Source: Camelus ferus
Taxonomy: Eukaryota
Direction: 5' to 3'
NCBI RefSeq assembly: GCF_009834535.1
Contig: NC_045696.1
Span: 49,602,001 to 49,666,000 of the forward strand
DNA length: 64,000 bases
The notes under the pieces were generated by a model that did no database searches, had not been told where the DNA came from, and saw only the letters and a list, made by a program, of their open reading frames with translations. Below are positions 11,524 through 25,290 of the stretch, piece by piece (the stretch's first letter is position 1; every line of letters begins with the position of its first letter). The position numbers and the translations under genes are program-made.

Positions 11524-13934
11524 AATCCACTGTTCTCTAATCTGTTGCATGTAAGGGACAGTATCCTTGAGCAGGGCTTACACAGCCCCCGCGGGGTCTC
11601 CTGATGTACACAACTCCTCTCTTGGCTGATTCTATTACCAGATGGATGTTGCAATGGGTCAAGCAGTCGCCAAATGTTAGGAAACCTAACGAAGTCCTCC
11701 TACAGATTGAAAATTCATCATACAGTGCCAATACCTATAGAAGCCAACTGAAGTTACAGGAGGAATTCTTGCACCCTATGAATTCCATTTTGGTACTAAA
11801 ATGCTCTGTGGAATCTGAATCTGGGTGAAGACATTTTTTATTCCTAATGCTTCACTGGGAACTGCTCCTGGCTGGCCACCTAAGTCTCCTTCCCATGCAA
11901 CAGTCTTCTCATCTGCATCCTTGCTTTCAGGGTCAATATGCATCTTTATTGCACCTTTTGCCCTCATTTCTGTGACCTCAGATGCTCTAAGGATCTTGGT
12001 GCAGGAGAACCCATAAGCTTTGGGCAATGAGAAAACAGAGAGAATGAAATTTCTGTCCCTGTCCCACACCAGATTGAAAATCGTTTCCCTCTTTTCTACA
12101 GTTCCAAGGTCAAGTTTCTCTTGGGAGCAGCTGAGGAACTAAAGGTCACAAAAAGTTGGCAATTCACCTTGCTTTGGAGGGTTTCCCAGAAAGCAAAATG
12201 AAAATGAGATTGTTTTCACATAAGACCTCTGTATTTGGAGGACAGGATTCAAAAAGTTTGAATATGCAGTTTCACTGTGCACTTAGGTAACTCCCCAAAG
12301 TCCAGTTTATTTTTTCCTAAGCCAAAACAGTATCAAAAACACTTCTTGTAGAGCACTCTAACTAGGCAGAATTCTTTTTGTCATCACTGGGCTGATGTTT
12401 TCAAGGACTCATTTCGTAAGATAAGCCGTATGTGGTACATTTAGCTGGAGCACTTGTGTATTTCTGGGTGATGATGGATGTCATCCACGGGGCCTGCTTT
12501 GTGGTGATCCCATTAGATTTCACAAGGTAAGCAGCTGAAAGCTTGTAGTTGGTATGTGAGCAGGTTGCAAGAGAAGACAAAACCCAGAGACTGACCAGAC
12601 ATGTTGCACTGAATGAGCAGACAGCATGCTTCTCTGTGACCAAAGGAAAACCCGCACCTCAATTCTACAGAGATGCACCCTCAAGTTCAAACACACATAC
12701 TGCACAAAACCTAGCTCCACTTCCCAGGAATCCCAATTACAGGTGAGAACCAATGGCTAGACTTCCCCAAACCTGGCTGTTGTCTACCAAAAGTTCTCTC
12801 TTTTTGTTCCTCTGTGCAAAATGGCAGTGCCCCCTGAGAAGAGATATTATTACAGAAGGTAGTTGTGTTGGTAACTTGCAATCCAAAATAGAATGTAAAA
12901 CATAGTCCAACACAGGCATTCCAGCCCTGACTCCATCATTGTCCTGCTCTGTGTATTGGTGCCAATTTTTAAACTTCTTGGTGGTGACTCAGTTTCAATT
13001 CTGTACCATCTGCATCCCTCCAGTGAAGAACTTTAAACATTTATCAATCGGCCATCCACACTTCTGTAACAGCCACCCACTCTTTCCTGGAAACATGTTA
13101 GACAATCTTTTTGAAACAGGATTAAATAATCTTGGCGATTTTAAATTCATCAAGTGAGCCAAACCACAGCCTCCTTAGAGTCCCCTGTTTGGGTGTGTAC
13201 ATGTATACATATACACTTTTAATTATATGTACTGTATTCTGGAGATTATAAGTTCTCAATAAATATTCATTGGTGATAATAAATTAGTAGTTGACTGTAC
13301 ATTCAGTAGAAAAGATAATTTATTAAAAAAAAAAAGACTTTGGAATGTCAAGGGATGACTAAGAGCAGACTAGACGTATGACCTGTGGTGTGAAGGGAAG
13401 GGGGCAACGGGAGGGAGTTACTGCCCTCCTGCCATCCGGTAGCAGAACAGCACCATGGATTAGAGGTTGTGGTTGTCTTCCGTTCTGCTGCTGTTACATC
13501 CTATTCATAGGACACTGAGCAAGTCCCTTCAGCTCTCGTGGCTTCAATTTCTCTTTCAAAAATGGTTTTACATTTTGGAGGTCTCCTCTAGTTTTAATGT
13601 TTTCTATGAAAAGCTGAAAAAGTTAAGATCATAAAGTTGTTTTCAAAGGTAAACACACAAATGATTTCTGTCTCTGAAACCATTATCTCTGTCTCTCAGG
13701 TAAATGAACCAGGGAGGGGATGAAGAACTGCCAAAGAGATCTCAGGGATGTAACTTTGAGGTTGTTACAAACTGGAGAGGCTGAGCATTGACCTTCGTTA
13801 GGGAAGGAGCCCACTCAGCTAGGAAAATGCCGGGAACCACATCAGAGTACTCTGTCCAGCTGCACCCCTGGCACTGAGACTCAGCTTTTCCTCACCCATG
13901 TGTCTCTAATGTGAGCTCGGGCGAGCAGGCAGTC

Positions 13935-14030
13935 ATGACTGTTATCCTCCCACTGTAAATAATCAGAGGTCCGTAAGGGTGATGTGACTTGCCCAAGGTT
14001 ACAGAAACATGACGGTGAGTTAGATGGAAC
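13935..14030 (-). mobile_element. MIR core
   Basis: gtgacttgcccaaggttacag. Confidence 0.6.
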
Positions 14031-16694
14031 TGTGCATGCTTGGGGGAAGGGGCTGACATTATAAGCAAAAGGCGGAAGGATCAGGGACAGACCTACACCT
14101 TCTCTGAGGTTCACAAACAATGGTCAAGGGCTGCGGAAGAGCTGTAAGTTTGCTTTGGATGCTGAGAGCTTCTCTGTCCTCCTGCCCCTCCCTAAGCCAG
14201 CTCAGCCGCCCTGCCCAGGGTTACTCACCCAGGTTGTTGCCAGCTGGGTGCCTCTGCTCACGTCCCTTCTTGTAAGCTTCGTGAAAGGCTATTTGTAATG
14301 AAGGGGAGGCATGACGAGGAAGAAGAATGCATCAAAGATCTTCCCCGAGGCCCGAACTGAAAGGGCACTTTTCTTTGGCGAGAGACTGACTTCCCTCTCA
14401 TATTCTGTAGAAATGAATGGTCATCAAAATGACTGACAGAATTATGACATTCCATTCCAAGCACGGGTATTTTTTATTTTTAACCTCAGGTTATTTTACC
14501 CTTCTCTGCTCTATTTTTCCCATAAAAAGGAACGAGAAATGCTTGCTCACTATGACATTGTATGAGAGAAAGCCGCCCAGGGCAGTACTGTACAAAGGAA
14601 ACTGCTAATTGCACCAAGGTACAGCTGGAACTTCTAATAAAGACAGCGTGTAGCATCCTGGCCTACACTGGTTCACGTCCTCGCCGCGGTCCATGCCCGG
14701 AGCTCTAAGGCCCGGAAGATCTGCTCTCATAAGTAACGACAAAGAACCTCTGGTCCAACAAGAAAAGCACTCAGAGGAATTGAGCGTGAATGTTCTGTAG
14801 TCTCAGTGACAGTTAGAGACTACATCACCTTGCTGCCCATCTTTGTCCCTGTTTAAAGATGGGAGAGGAAAAGACAGTATCAATTATTATCATCAAAAGA
14901 TAGCTAGCAGTTTTCCAGGTGATGAGGCAATGCCTTGAATTTGATCAAAATGAACAGGTTTCCTGGCAGCATACTCAAGTGACTTTCTATTAGATTCAAC
15001 AAAAATCTTACTGAGTTTTCACATTTCTCATTTTTGACTCTATTCCTAATATCTAATTGACTTCTTAGGTAGCCTCTTGGCGAGAGGGATGGGTAATAAT
15101 AAACAATGCTTACATACCGGCTACATATTGGCTACACTTACTTTTTAGAAGCCACAAAACAAACCAAAAAGCCACCAAAAGTCACCCTTGGGTTGCCCAC
15201 TGCATCCATTCAGCCAAGGCAGGATAGGAAGAGGGTAGGCTTATGACTCATCCATGAACTATCTCTTCATGTGGCCAGAGAACCAACATGGCCCATGATT
15301 CCAACAATCATTATCAATGCCAAACTTAGCTCAGATGCAGACCACAATGGATTCCCATCAAATTGAAAACAAAAAACAAAAAACAAAAAAAACAAAAACA
15401 AAAACAAAAAACAGTCAAGGTCCTGAAATATGGGACAGTTTCATATATTCTCTAATGCTAGTGACCAGTGACCAAGCACCAGTTGGCACCTTCACAGCTT
15501 TTTCTACAGGGCCAGTGAGCACACCATTGCTTCTTGACTTGAACTGAATTCCTAATATTGGACTGAATTCTCCAGCCCTGCCAGTTTTCCAGCGGGAAGA
15601 AAAGTGTTTCAGAGCATGAGGCAGTGTGGATCTCTGTTTTCCTAATTTCAGAAAGTCATCTGGTCACATATACATGTGCCTCTAGTCTCTGGGGGTCCCA
15701 TCTGTGCCCGGGACTCTGCTAGACAGTGCAGGTAAGGTGGGGCACAGCCAGCAGAGGCCCTTCCAGGAGATGTAGGACTGTTCCTGATAATCCTGTTTTT
15801 CACTGCCCACCAGCCAAGAGGGAGGAGGCAGCATTTTGAACAGAGGAGTCTTTCATGCATAAATCTTCAGGCATTTGGGGGCACAAGTGTTTTACTGTAA
15901 TTTCAGTGGAACAAAAATAATTTACAAGTCATATGTGTGTCTGTGTGTGTACAATGCATGGAAAGAATTTTAATATGAGAAAAGCATTGGATCAATTTTG
16001 TGAAAAGAAAAATCTTCTGTCTGGACTGTTTATGGGTGTGGGTTACACAAAATCTAGATACTTGCTTAATTTCTGGAACTAATTAGCCAACGTCTGTCCA
16101 AATCATGGGCCTTAAAGACTTCTATTGATAGCATACTTCTTTCTCTAAAATTACTGCAACACATTTTGCTCATTTTTAGAAAAGGCAAACTACAAGAACC
16201 TTTGGCATGAAAAAAATTCTTCTGAGATGTCTAAATGAATCTCAGGGTTGGTTAATTATACTGAACTTCAAATGTCTTCAAGTAAGTCTTGGCATGCTAA
16301 ATTTTATATCCCATTACCATCTTATTTTACATGATCTTATAAGTAAGATTAACCAATGAAATTTGAGTAAACTGATCGATGGATACAGTGGCCTGAGCAT
16401 TATTTGGTTACACAGGTGCTTAACCCAATCTCCAGGCGTATTTTTTTTTTCTTCTGTTCTACAGACATGCACTCTGACTGTGTCTTAATCTCTGGCTGTT
16501 CTCCTAAGAGGATTATCTGCGGGTCACCATTTTTCCTCTTTAAACCACTATCTGATATACCTCCAACTGGGATGCTACTACTTTCACATGCATTTATTTC
16601 AGACGCTGTGACTTCCCACTTGCTCCAAGCCAAGGCCATAACAGCATGTTGGAATCAGATGTTTTCCAATGTTCTAACATAGATCCAATAAAAA

Positions 16695-16950
16695 GACACT
16701 TTTGGAGCATCTAATGTACACATGACCCTGTGCTAGGTGCTTTAGATACAAAGATGAGCAGCTCACAGATTTGCCCAGAGGAAGACCGACATCTTGTAGA
16801 GCAGATGAGCTAGGGGAGGAGCCGGGGCAGCACGATGTGAGGCTGTGCGGACAGTGATGACTGAACACAACACAGAGAATGTTTAGATGGTTTGCTCAGG
16901 AAGACCTTCAGAGGAGTTGAGGTCCAAGAGGTGTTTCAAAGAAAAGGAAA
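16695..16950 (-). mobile_element. L2 3' end
   Basis: gagcatctaatgt...ccctgtgctaggtgctttagatacaaagatgag...tcaggaagaccttcagagg. Confidence 0.65.
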
Positions 16951-17799
16951 CTAGAATTTGCATCGTTCCTTTTTAAGAATTCTGACTTTGAAGAGAAAGC
17001 TGCTTCCTTTCAGGAATTTGTCTGAATATCCTACAGAGGAGAAAGTATAAGAGTGGAGACACTTGTGACAGGCAGGCTGAGGAAGTTTTTCTTCCTGGAG
17101 AGGGAAGGTAAGAGGTTCCAGAGAGAGCCTTCTAATTAAGAGGTAAGAACCAGAACTCTACCTTGAATCAGAGCCTGTACCTAATTCACAGCCCTTGAAC
17201 CTGGAGACTTACTTTAGAAACATTCTGTGTAATCCAGACCCCACGTGCCCTCTCAAACCCTGGGGTCTTTTGCCTGGTGAACAGTCATGTTATAAATCTG
17301 ACCTCTGCTCAGTTATAATTTGAATTTCATTTATCCGGGGATCAACTTTAAATAAAAACGAAGAACAAAGGGCCAAACCCTGTAGAAACAGCAGTGAGGT
17401 CTTCTGATGTCGGCACTGGCACCGTGTAGGAAGCTCAGCATTAAAGAATGGGGATGAGCCACCCAGCACCCAGCACCCAGCGCAATGGCCTCTGGGAACA
17501 TCCAAGTCCAACTCCGACTTTAATATCACACATTTTAAGCAGGGTACAAACCGGAAGGGCAAGCTTAGTAGCTTTCACCCTAGCCTGGTTGGAAATCCTT
17601 CTTAAGTTAGCTTAGATAAATATTTAGTGTGTAAGTGAAAACTTTTACCATCTTAGACAATTTGTCTGCTTCCTGAAGCTGGGCCAAGAGATTGCTGAGT
17701 GGTCAGATTCTTTTAGAAACTCAAGTCATAAATCAAACATCTAATGGACCAGCTTTCATGTTGGTTTCAGTCTTTCATCCACAGAAACAAAGAATATAA

Positions 17800-18444
17800 G
17801 TAAAAGTGAATTAAAATAGGTTTGACTACATAAATACTTAAAACTGCTTTTACAAATATTATCTGCAAAGGTAAAAAAGGACCAGTCACCTGGGAAAGTA
17901 TATTTGCAACATAAATAACAGACAAAAATGTGACAATCTTTAAAGAGTGTTTACAAATCTGTACCAGCTAGAGGCAATACCCCAGTAGAAAGTTGGGCAG
18001 AAAATGAACTGGCAATTCACAAAGAAAGAAAGGCAAATAAATGACCCATAATGATTAGAAGAGCCTTTTAGCCACACTAAAAATGAAATAACCATAAATT
18101 CAAACAGTGAGATAACATTTCATTTTTATAAGGTTGGCAAAAATTTGGTCTCACCAGGTGTCAGAGAGCATGGGGAATAGGGACATTCACACACTGGGAT
18201 GGTGGAAGTGTGAATTGCTGCAACCTCTTTCTTAAGTGCAGCTTGTTAAACTTTTTAACCTAATGTTTCATCTAAACATTTTTAGTGTGGGTAGCTTTTG
18301 ACTAAGCAAATCCACTTCTCAGGCTTATTTTTAGACAATAATAGAGGAGTGCATTAAAATTTTTCCATAGTGCACAGATATTTGTGTAAGATTTGTTTAT
18401 AGCAGCAAATTATAAAAACAGCAAAGTGTTTATCAGAGGGTTGG

Positions 18445-18483
<39 letters not shown>

Positions 18484-18515
18484 AGGATACTGTGCAGCCA
18501 CTTAAAGATGACATC
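17800..18515 (+). mobile_element. Old L1 (L1ME-like) ORF2 3' fragment
   Basis: tgggaaagtatatttgcaacata, ggcaattcacaaagaaaga, aaacagtgagata, ggtggaagtgtgaattg, tttgactaagcaaatccacttct. Confidence 0.8.
18447..18479. repeat. (AC)n microsatellite
   Basis: Read directly from the sequence. Confidence 0.97.
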
Positions 18516-18524
18516 TATCCAGCA

Positions 18525-18760
18525 GCAGCAGTTTAGAGCCTGAACTCCGACAGGATGTGTGTTTACCTTTTAGCCCTATTGGATACAGATACGTGACCTT
18601 CGGTAAGTCATTTGACCTCTGTAAGCCTTGGTTATCATCTTTAAAACTGGGGATAATGTTAGTACTCATGTCTCTACGTGTTAAGATGAGGTGAATTAGA
18701 TGAGACTATGAAAGAAAAGCTCTTAACTCTATACCTGACATACAAGAAGGACAGAATTGT
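18525..18760 (+). mobile_element. MIR SINE
   Basis: gtgaccttcggtaagtcatttgacctctgtaagccttgg...aaaactggggataatg. Confidence 0.75.
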
Positions 18761-18969
18761 GGTTAGTGACTAAGTCTCTTGATTTGATACTGTTGGCTTC
18801 TGCACAAAATGGCAAAATAGACCCGTGACTTTGCCTCTTATCTTCCCAATACCTTATTGAAATAAAACTATTTTTTTAAAAAAAGAATAAACTTATAACA
18901 GTAAAGAAGACATTATAAAAGTAGAATGGACTGAATAAGAAAGTTTCCTTAAAAAACAAAAACAAAAAT

Positions 18970-20070
18970 AAGGAAAAAGAAGTTCCCTTAATGATTAAAA
19001 GTATTATTGTTATTAAAAAATCAGTAGACATACTAGAAAATGTTAAAGAAGCTTTTCAAAATGTAGAGCAAAATGACATGAGTGGAGATGTAATAAAAAG
19101 ATAATTAAACACAAAAATAAAAATTATATTTATATAAAATATATACTATATAAATTCTAAAATAAATAGAATAGCAAACATATACTAAAAGCACTTGAAT
19201 ATGTGCCAGCCACTGATTTATATCCATTATGTGCATTATTTCAATAAGTTTTCCCAGCAAACCTATGAAGTAGCTAGGGATATTATTCCCTTTTGATAGT
19301 TGGAGATATTAAAGCACTAAGATATCAAGAAATTAGCCCCCGGCCACATGGCCAGTATATGGTGAATTTAGAGTATGCGCAAGGCAGACACAGGGGCAGA
19401 AGGTCCCCATGAGATTTGAAGCAGCTCCAGGGTGAGCATCTAGAAAATCACACACGTTGGCATGGCAGACTGAGCTAGTCAGTGACAGTCCAAAAACTTC
19501 CACTCTTCTGGCCCTTCCAATACTTATTCCTTGTATTAAAACATCCTTCTGGAAACACACAGACAGGCTTTTATTTTGCTGACCAAACGCTGATGGAGGG
19601 AGGCTCCAAACACTGAGCCCCAGTCCAGGAAATCCTATATCTAACCGACAGGTGCCTCAGAAACAACACAGAAAATTGAAGGGAAGAAATTATTAAAAAG
19701 AATCTTAGCACTCAGAAGTCATAGTGCTTAGATTAAAAGGGCTCGTGTCCAGCTAAATGAATTAAAAAGAAAAGCAAACAATGAGGCGGTCTTATGGTAG
19801 TTCAGAATGCTGAAGGTTAAGAGAACATAACTTTCAGAGAGGAAAAAAGTAACCTACAAGGAATGTAAGTTAAATTGGCTTCTGACTTCTCACCAACATG
19901 ACTGTATGATATTAGAAGGCATTGGGGAAACACCTTCAAAGGTCTGAGGAGACATGATTTCAATCTAGAATTCTATACCTAGCCAAACTCTAAAGCAAGG
20001 ATTAAAGCAAAATCTGGACATTTTCTGGTAGATAAGGACTCCAAAATGTTAACATCTATGTACAAGGGGA
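18970..20070 (+). mobile_element. L1/HAL1-like ORF1 remnant, interrupted by a MIR
   Basis: QSRILYLAKL at 19961-19990 (compare ORF1p PRILYPAKL), plus tctgacttctca and caccttcaaaggtctgagg. Confidence 0.7.
19180..19375 (-). mobile_element. MIR SINE
   Basis: gcacttgaatatgtgccagccact, cagcaaacctatgaagtag, attattccc. Confidence 0.65.
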
Positions 20071-20957
20071 AAATCCTAGTTAACCTGGTAAACTTTCTGC
20101 ATCAGGCAAGATGATGATGGACAATCATTTTAATACTACAAGTTTATTTCCATGAGTATTAAAGAGATGTAGCATAGCACACTTTCACATTCATGTATGT
20201 TATTTAGAACAATGGTATGTAGGCACTTAGGTGTAAAAAAGGAAATATAGTACAGATATGTAATAGAATAAAAATAGAAACACAGTTAAAAAAAGATAGT
20301 ATGTGAACATGGCAGGGTTGTGAAGACACCACATGAATGAGTGAAGTTTGGGAAATATCTTGCTAAAGTAAATGACTTAATGTATTATCTTTTCCAAATA
20401 TATTTACATTTTAAAAGAAAAGACTTAAAGAACACTGCAGAGCCAAAAGCAAGAACTCATCACCCGCAGCAATGCCAGGGCAGAGGAGCCTGGGGACCGT
20501 TATTTGGTGACACTCCTAAAGATAGCTGAGTTTTCGTTGCTTAGAGTCCATATCCATCATCCTCCCCACAGAAACTTCTGACTGCTTTGGCTTCCCAGGA
20601 AGCCTCTCCTGCAGGGAAGGGAATGTGAGGACCGGTTGAACTGAGTGTTCTCATTTGCCCACGAGTTCCATATCTCCTTATAAAGTAATACATTTAGCAA
20701 TCTGATTCGTGTGCCAAGATCTTTATTTTTACTTCCTCCTATTTCTTTCTACTATTTATTTTAATCTTTTTAGATTGCATCTTTCTTTGTAATCTCAAAT
20801 CTTATTTGGAGTGAGGAAAAGTTTATCTAAATAAAATTAGTCACACTAATCTCAGTTTCTTGTGAGAGTCACAGCCTCCCAGGTCCTGATCACCTGAGGA
20901 CATGTGGATACACTCGAGTTTCTGGTCCCAAATTTCTGGAATTAAACCTCAGTCTTA

Positions 20958-21340
20958 TAGTCAGGGTTCTCAGTTCCACAAACAAACACTAATTCTGAAG
21001 CCTTAAGCAGAAAAGGAACTTATTGGGAATGTGTCAGATAGTTCACCCAATGGCTAGGAAGCGTGGAGAGAAGTGTAGGAAGGAAACAGAGGAGGCAAAG
21101 CAGGGCCAAGATGGCACCCCAGGACAGATGGTCTGTTCAAGATGCTGACGCTGGCATTGTCACCACGTACACCAGCTATGGTCCCACCAGCCACACCTGG
21201 ACTCTACCCTCCGTCAGAGGCACTGACCATAAATTCTAAGGGCCCTTTGGACATTTGCATTCCTCAATGAAGACACAGAGACTCAGGCAGATGTAGCTGG
21301 TAGCCTGAGCTGCCCATAAACTAAAGAAGGAAACATCTGG
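20958..21340 (-). mobile_element. Old MaLR LTR (MLT1K/L-like), degraded
   Basis: tagtcagggttctcagttcc...ttaagcagaaaaggaacttattggg resembles an old MLT1 terminus. Confidence 0.5.
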
Positions 21341-21899
21341 CCCTTTGGGCCCGGGTCTCCTTACTGGGATTCCCTGACACAGGAGGCAGGGTGGGCAAAC
21401 ACAAGGAAAGTCTGCTTCATGTGGTGATCTGAGGTTCTGCCAGGGCAGCCTACCTTTACTGTCACCTCCTCTCTCATTAAATTGAGCAGTTTGCAAATAA
21501 GGATATTTATGTCTGATTGATTACATTTACATGATATATATTTTCTATTTCTTTCAAAGTCAGACTTTAAACACAAGTTTCTCATCTAAAATTTTAGAGT
21601 CTTCTTATTTGTACTCCTAAATAAACCTGGACAAATCTAAGGAGTCTTTACTGTTAAATTCTACTGGGACATAAGTTTCAGATTCCCTGTGAGTTTCTTT
21701 CATTTTAAAAACTCCATTGTAGGGATAAATTCAGAGAGACGGAATGTTCTAATCCAATTAACTACAAGCAATGTAAGATGCTAATTTTATGAATTCTTGA
21801 AGGTGACTTTAAACTGGGATAGCAGGAACCCACTGAACTGCTTAACTCCAAAACTCAGTAGATGTCTCTGGTAAATTCTGGTAAAAAAAATTTTGTGAT

Positions 21900-21989
21900 G
21901 GGGGAGTGGGTACAGCTCAGTGGTAGAGTTCATGCTTAGCACGCACGAGGTCGTAGGTTCAATCCCCAGAACCTCCTTTAAAAAAAAAA
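21900..21989 (+). mobile_element. tRNA-derived SINE (vic-1-like), short form
   Basis: cagctcagtggtagag A box, gcttagcacgcacgagg, ggttcaatcccc B box, poly(A), degenerate TSD. Confidence 0.9.
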
Positions 21990-22929
21990 TCTGTGGGGAA
22001 GCAAACACATCTGGTTTGGTGATGTATGAAAGATGATGTAGGTACATATTTGTTAAAAACAATTAATACCAACTGTTGGTTGATATTCTTTGTACTAAAT
22101 TATATTCATAAGCAAGATTTGTATGTTTCAGTGGGTCTGACCTCACCCTGCTCTATTACAATAACATTCCCAATATTTGTTTTAGTCTCTCCTTTACATT
22201 CACAACATCCTGGAGGGTGGTGGCGTTCAATTTAATTTGTCAACCTATGTTAATTTTACAAGGATCCAGATCAAACTGCTATATAAACAGGCACTGCCTT
22301 GGAGAGGCTTCTTGGTGATTAGGCTGAAAAAGTTGCAGCTGAACTGAAAAATATGCTGCCGGGGTATTTTTCATTTCTCCCTCTGCAATGTTAATGGCTC
22401 AAATGAAAGAGCTGTTTTGCTTTAACAATAGAGTCCTTGTTGAAAGTACTTAACAGAGCTGTTCCACGAGGGTGAAGCAGTGTAATTAAACCATTAATAT
22501 AACAAAGATACCGATAGTTGCTAAATCCAAAGAATACACTTCCATCTCACAGTAGAAATTAAAGGTGACTTTCTTTTCAGCTTGTAGCTTGAATCTCTGC
22601 TTAGGGAAAGCCTGTCCATTAGACTTTTTTTTTTTTTTTTTTTTTTGCAAGGAAACATCATCAATCTGTGAGACTTACTACAATGGGATATTATTTTCCT
22701 CAACAGAGGCTGTTATTGAAACTGCATATTATCAAGACAGCTGTCCGATTAAGTTTTTATAAAGGATTAGGGGGTTATATGAGTACCTAACAGCTGCAGC
22801 AGCTAGATTAAAACTAGGGTTCCCAAATCGTATGTATGCCTCTTGATATATGAAACGAAAAGATATACTCTTTACCAGTGCAGCAAGATATTCGTATTTA
22901 AAGGGAAAATTAAAGTAAAAACAAAACCT

Positions 22930-23200
22930 CATTCATTTGAGCCCAAAGCATTGTGTGAATACAAATGAAGAGTAAACAGAAATATATAAAATGTGGCCCC
23001 TCCTCTTAAGGAGTCTACCATAGTCTCAGAGGGCAAGATGAAAAAGTGTGGAACAGTAAAATGTAATTAAAGATTTAAATAAAGTTTTGAGGCATTGAAG
23101 AAGTTAGTGCGTGAGTACCTGCTGAATTATACACACAGCTGTTAGGGAAGTTCAGGAGGTAAGAATGCTTCAGGGCCAGAGGTTAGAGACAGAGTTGATG
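22930..23200 (-). mobile_element. L2 fragment
   Basis: cattcattt...gtggcccctcctcttaaggagtctac. Confidence 0.5.
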
Positions 23201-23295
23201 GAATTTGTCAACTGAGACCCCTGAGAAAAGTCACCAGGACTGTCTGAGGAGCAATCTGCTAAGCTGGAAGTGACCAAGGGGATCACCTCCTACCC

Positions 23296-23538
23296 CAGGG
23301 CTTCCCAGACTTACCTGTTAAAAAGAATCATAGGAGAAGCCTCCTAAAAATAAATTTCCAGCTCTTTTCCTCAGTCCTATTGAATCATAGGTGCCAAGGA
23401 ATGTATGAGCCCTCTTTAACTTATATTTAAAAAATAATTTTAAACTGGCTCAGAGGGCCCAAGAAACTTTGTTTTTTTGTTTACTTGTTTTTCAGGCCTA
23501 AGGTGATTATTTTCAACTGGGAAATTTAGGAAAAACTG
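23296..23538. mobile_element. MER5-family/Charlie element, degraded, apparently with an internal insertion
   Basis: cagggcttcccagactt...aagaatca...tgaatca...aggtgatt...ggaaaaactg. Confidence 0.45.
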
Positions 23539-24993
23539 TTCTAAGCCTTCCTTGTGATCTCAGAAAGTAAAACATTAAACAAATAGCCAAATGTAAAAAG
23601 AAGAAGGAGGAGGAGAAAGCAGATGGAGACAAAGATGTATATGTGAGCGTGTGTGTGCGCGCGCACGCGCATGTGTATAAGACAAATAGTAGTGCCCTTG
23701 GGGTGGAGCGGGGGAGAAAACTCGTGTAAGGTCCAGGACCAAAGAGTTGTGGGCCACTGTCTTTTACATAATAGACCCTCAAGAAAGACCTTGCAACTGA
23801 ATTAAAAATGAAGCAAAGAACAAAGTAAGCTATAACCCTCAAACTTTCATGTCCCATCTATTACCACCTTATGTCCAATCCACTTTGTGAAACCTCAGTC
23901 TGAAGACACAGACCATGAATCTTAATCTTTTGTGGATTGTGTAGCAAGACTGGCTCGGTCGAAACACTCAGTGCCTGGGAAACATTTAAACATCAAGGAG
24001 GTAAAGAGATTTTGCAGCAGTGAGGTAGAAAGTTGAAATTTAAGAAAAGGAGACTCAAAGCTGCAGCTCGGAGAACATAGCCAGATGCTTATTAGATTGT
24101 GGTAGATTTTGCTAAAGCATGTGATAGAATGACTAGTTCACAAAATAATTTTAAACTGGCTTAGAGAAACTTGAAGAAAATTATTTAAAACTAGCCCAAG
24201 CCCTCAGCAAACCACAGAAACATAAACTACCATATGGGGGATAATCTCCCTGTGGCAGGACGGAGAAGATGACCTAATCATTCTCCGCCAGCCCCCCTCA
24301 TTCATGCCCTGGTTCTCGCCGCATTCCTCTGGTCAGTGGGAATTTCTAAAGTTTAATGTGTTTGCATGTATATACATTTTTTTTTAACCAAAGAAATGCC
24401 TGTACTCAAATCCTAATACATTCTAAAATTCTACCATTCTCTTTCCCTACAGACTCCTCACTTTTTTAGTACTGAATTTGTGAAGTGCCTTCATAAGTTG
24501 ATTGACAAGAAAAATAGAAATAATAGTGTTATGACATGAAGAGTTTATTTCTTGAAATTTGAAAGCTATATTTTAAATACCAGAATCAGGGTTTATTAGA
24601 CACATCAACTTGTCATGAAATTCTTTTCTAACAATATTCTCCAAATGCATTTCTGCTGAGTATAGCTTGAATAATCCATGACATGACATTTTGCATAAGA
24701 TCGAATCCATAGGAGGGGTGAGTAAACAACCATGATGAAACCACGTACTTGGTTTTATAATCTACTCGATGCCAGAGAGACAGACACAGCAGCCTGCACT
24801 TTGCTGTTGGGTCTTATCAATGTGGGGCCTGGGGGCCATATTTAGCCTGTAAGCATCACTCAGGAAGCCAGGAGTAAGTCTGTAGAGCTCACTGTGAACT
24901 TCAAGGAAAGAAAGAAAAGAGGAAACTCACTGCTTTTCAAAGATGATGGAGTAAAAAAGTAATTTTACATATCTGTTTCTCTATTATATGTCT

Positions 24994-24996
<3 letters not shown>

Positions 24997-25054
<58 letters not shown>
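24997..25054. repeat. Perfect (GT)29 microsatellite
   Basis: Read directly from the sequence. Confidence 0.97.
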
Positions 25055-25056
<2 letters not shown>

Positions 25057-25129
25057 AGGCAGGGACTATTTGTTTTAGCATGTAAATTTACTGTTTGAAC
25101 CAACTGAGTTTAAGACGGCAAAAAAATAA

Positions 25130-25290
25130 CGGCTACTAAATGCCAACATTGGACGTTATCCGAATCATACTTCATAGCAAGGATATTTTTATCCTTAATT
25201 TATAGCTAAGGAAACTTATTTTCAAAGACGTTAAGTTACTTGTCCTAAGGCACACATATTGGACTTGGATTTATCTCTCTCCAAAATTTG
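25130..25290 (-). mobile_element. MIR SINE
   Basis: ttttatagctaaggaaact...gttaagttacttgtcctaaggcacaca. Confidence 0.7.
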
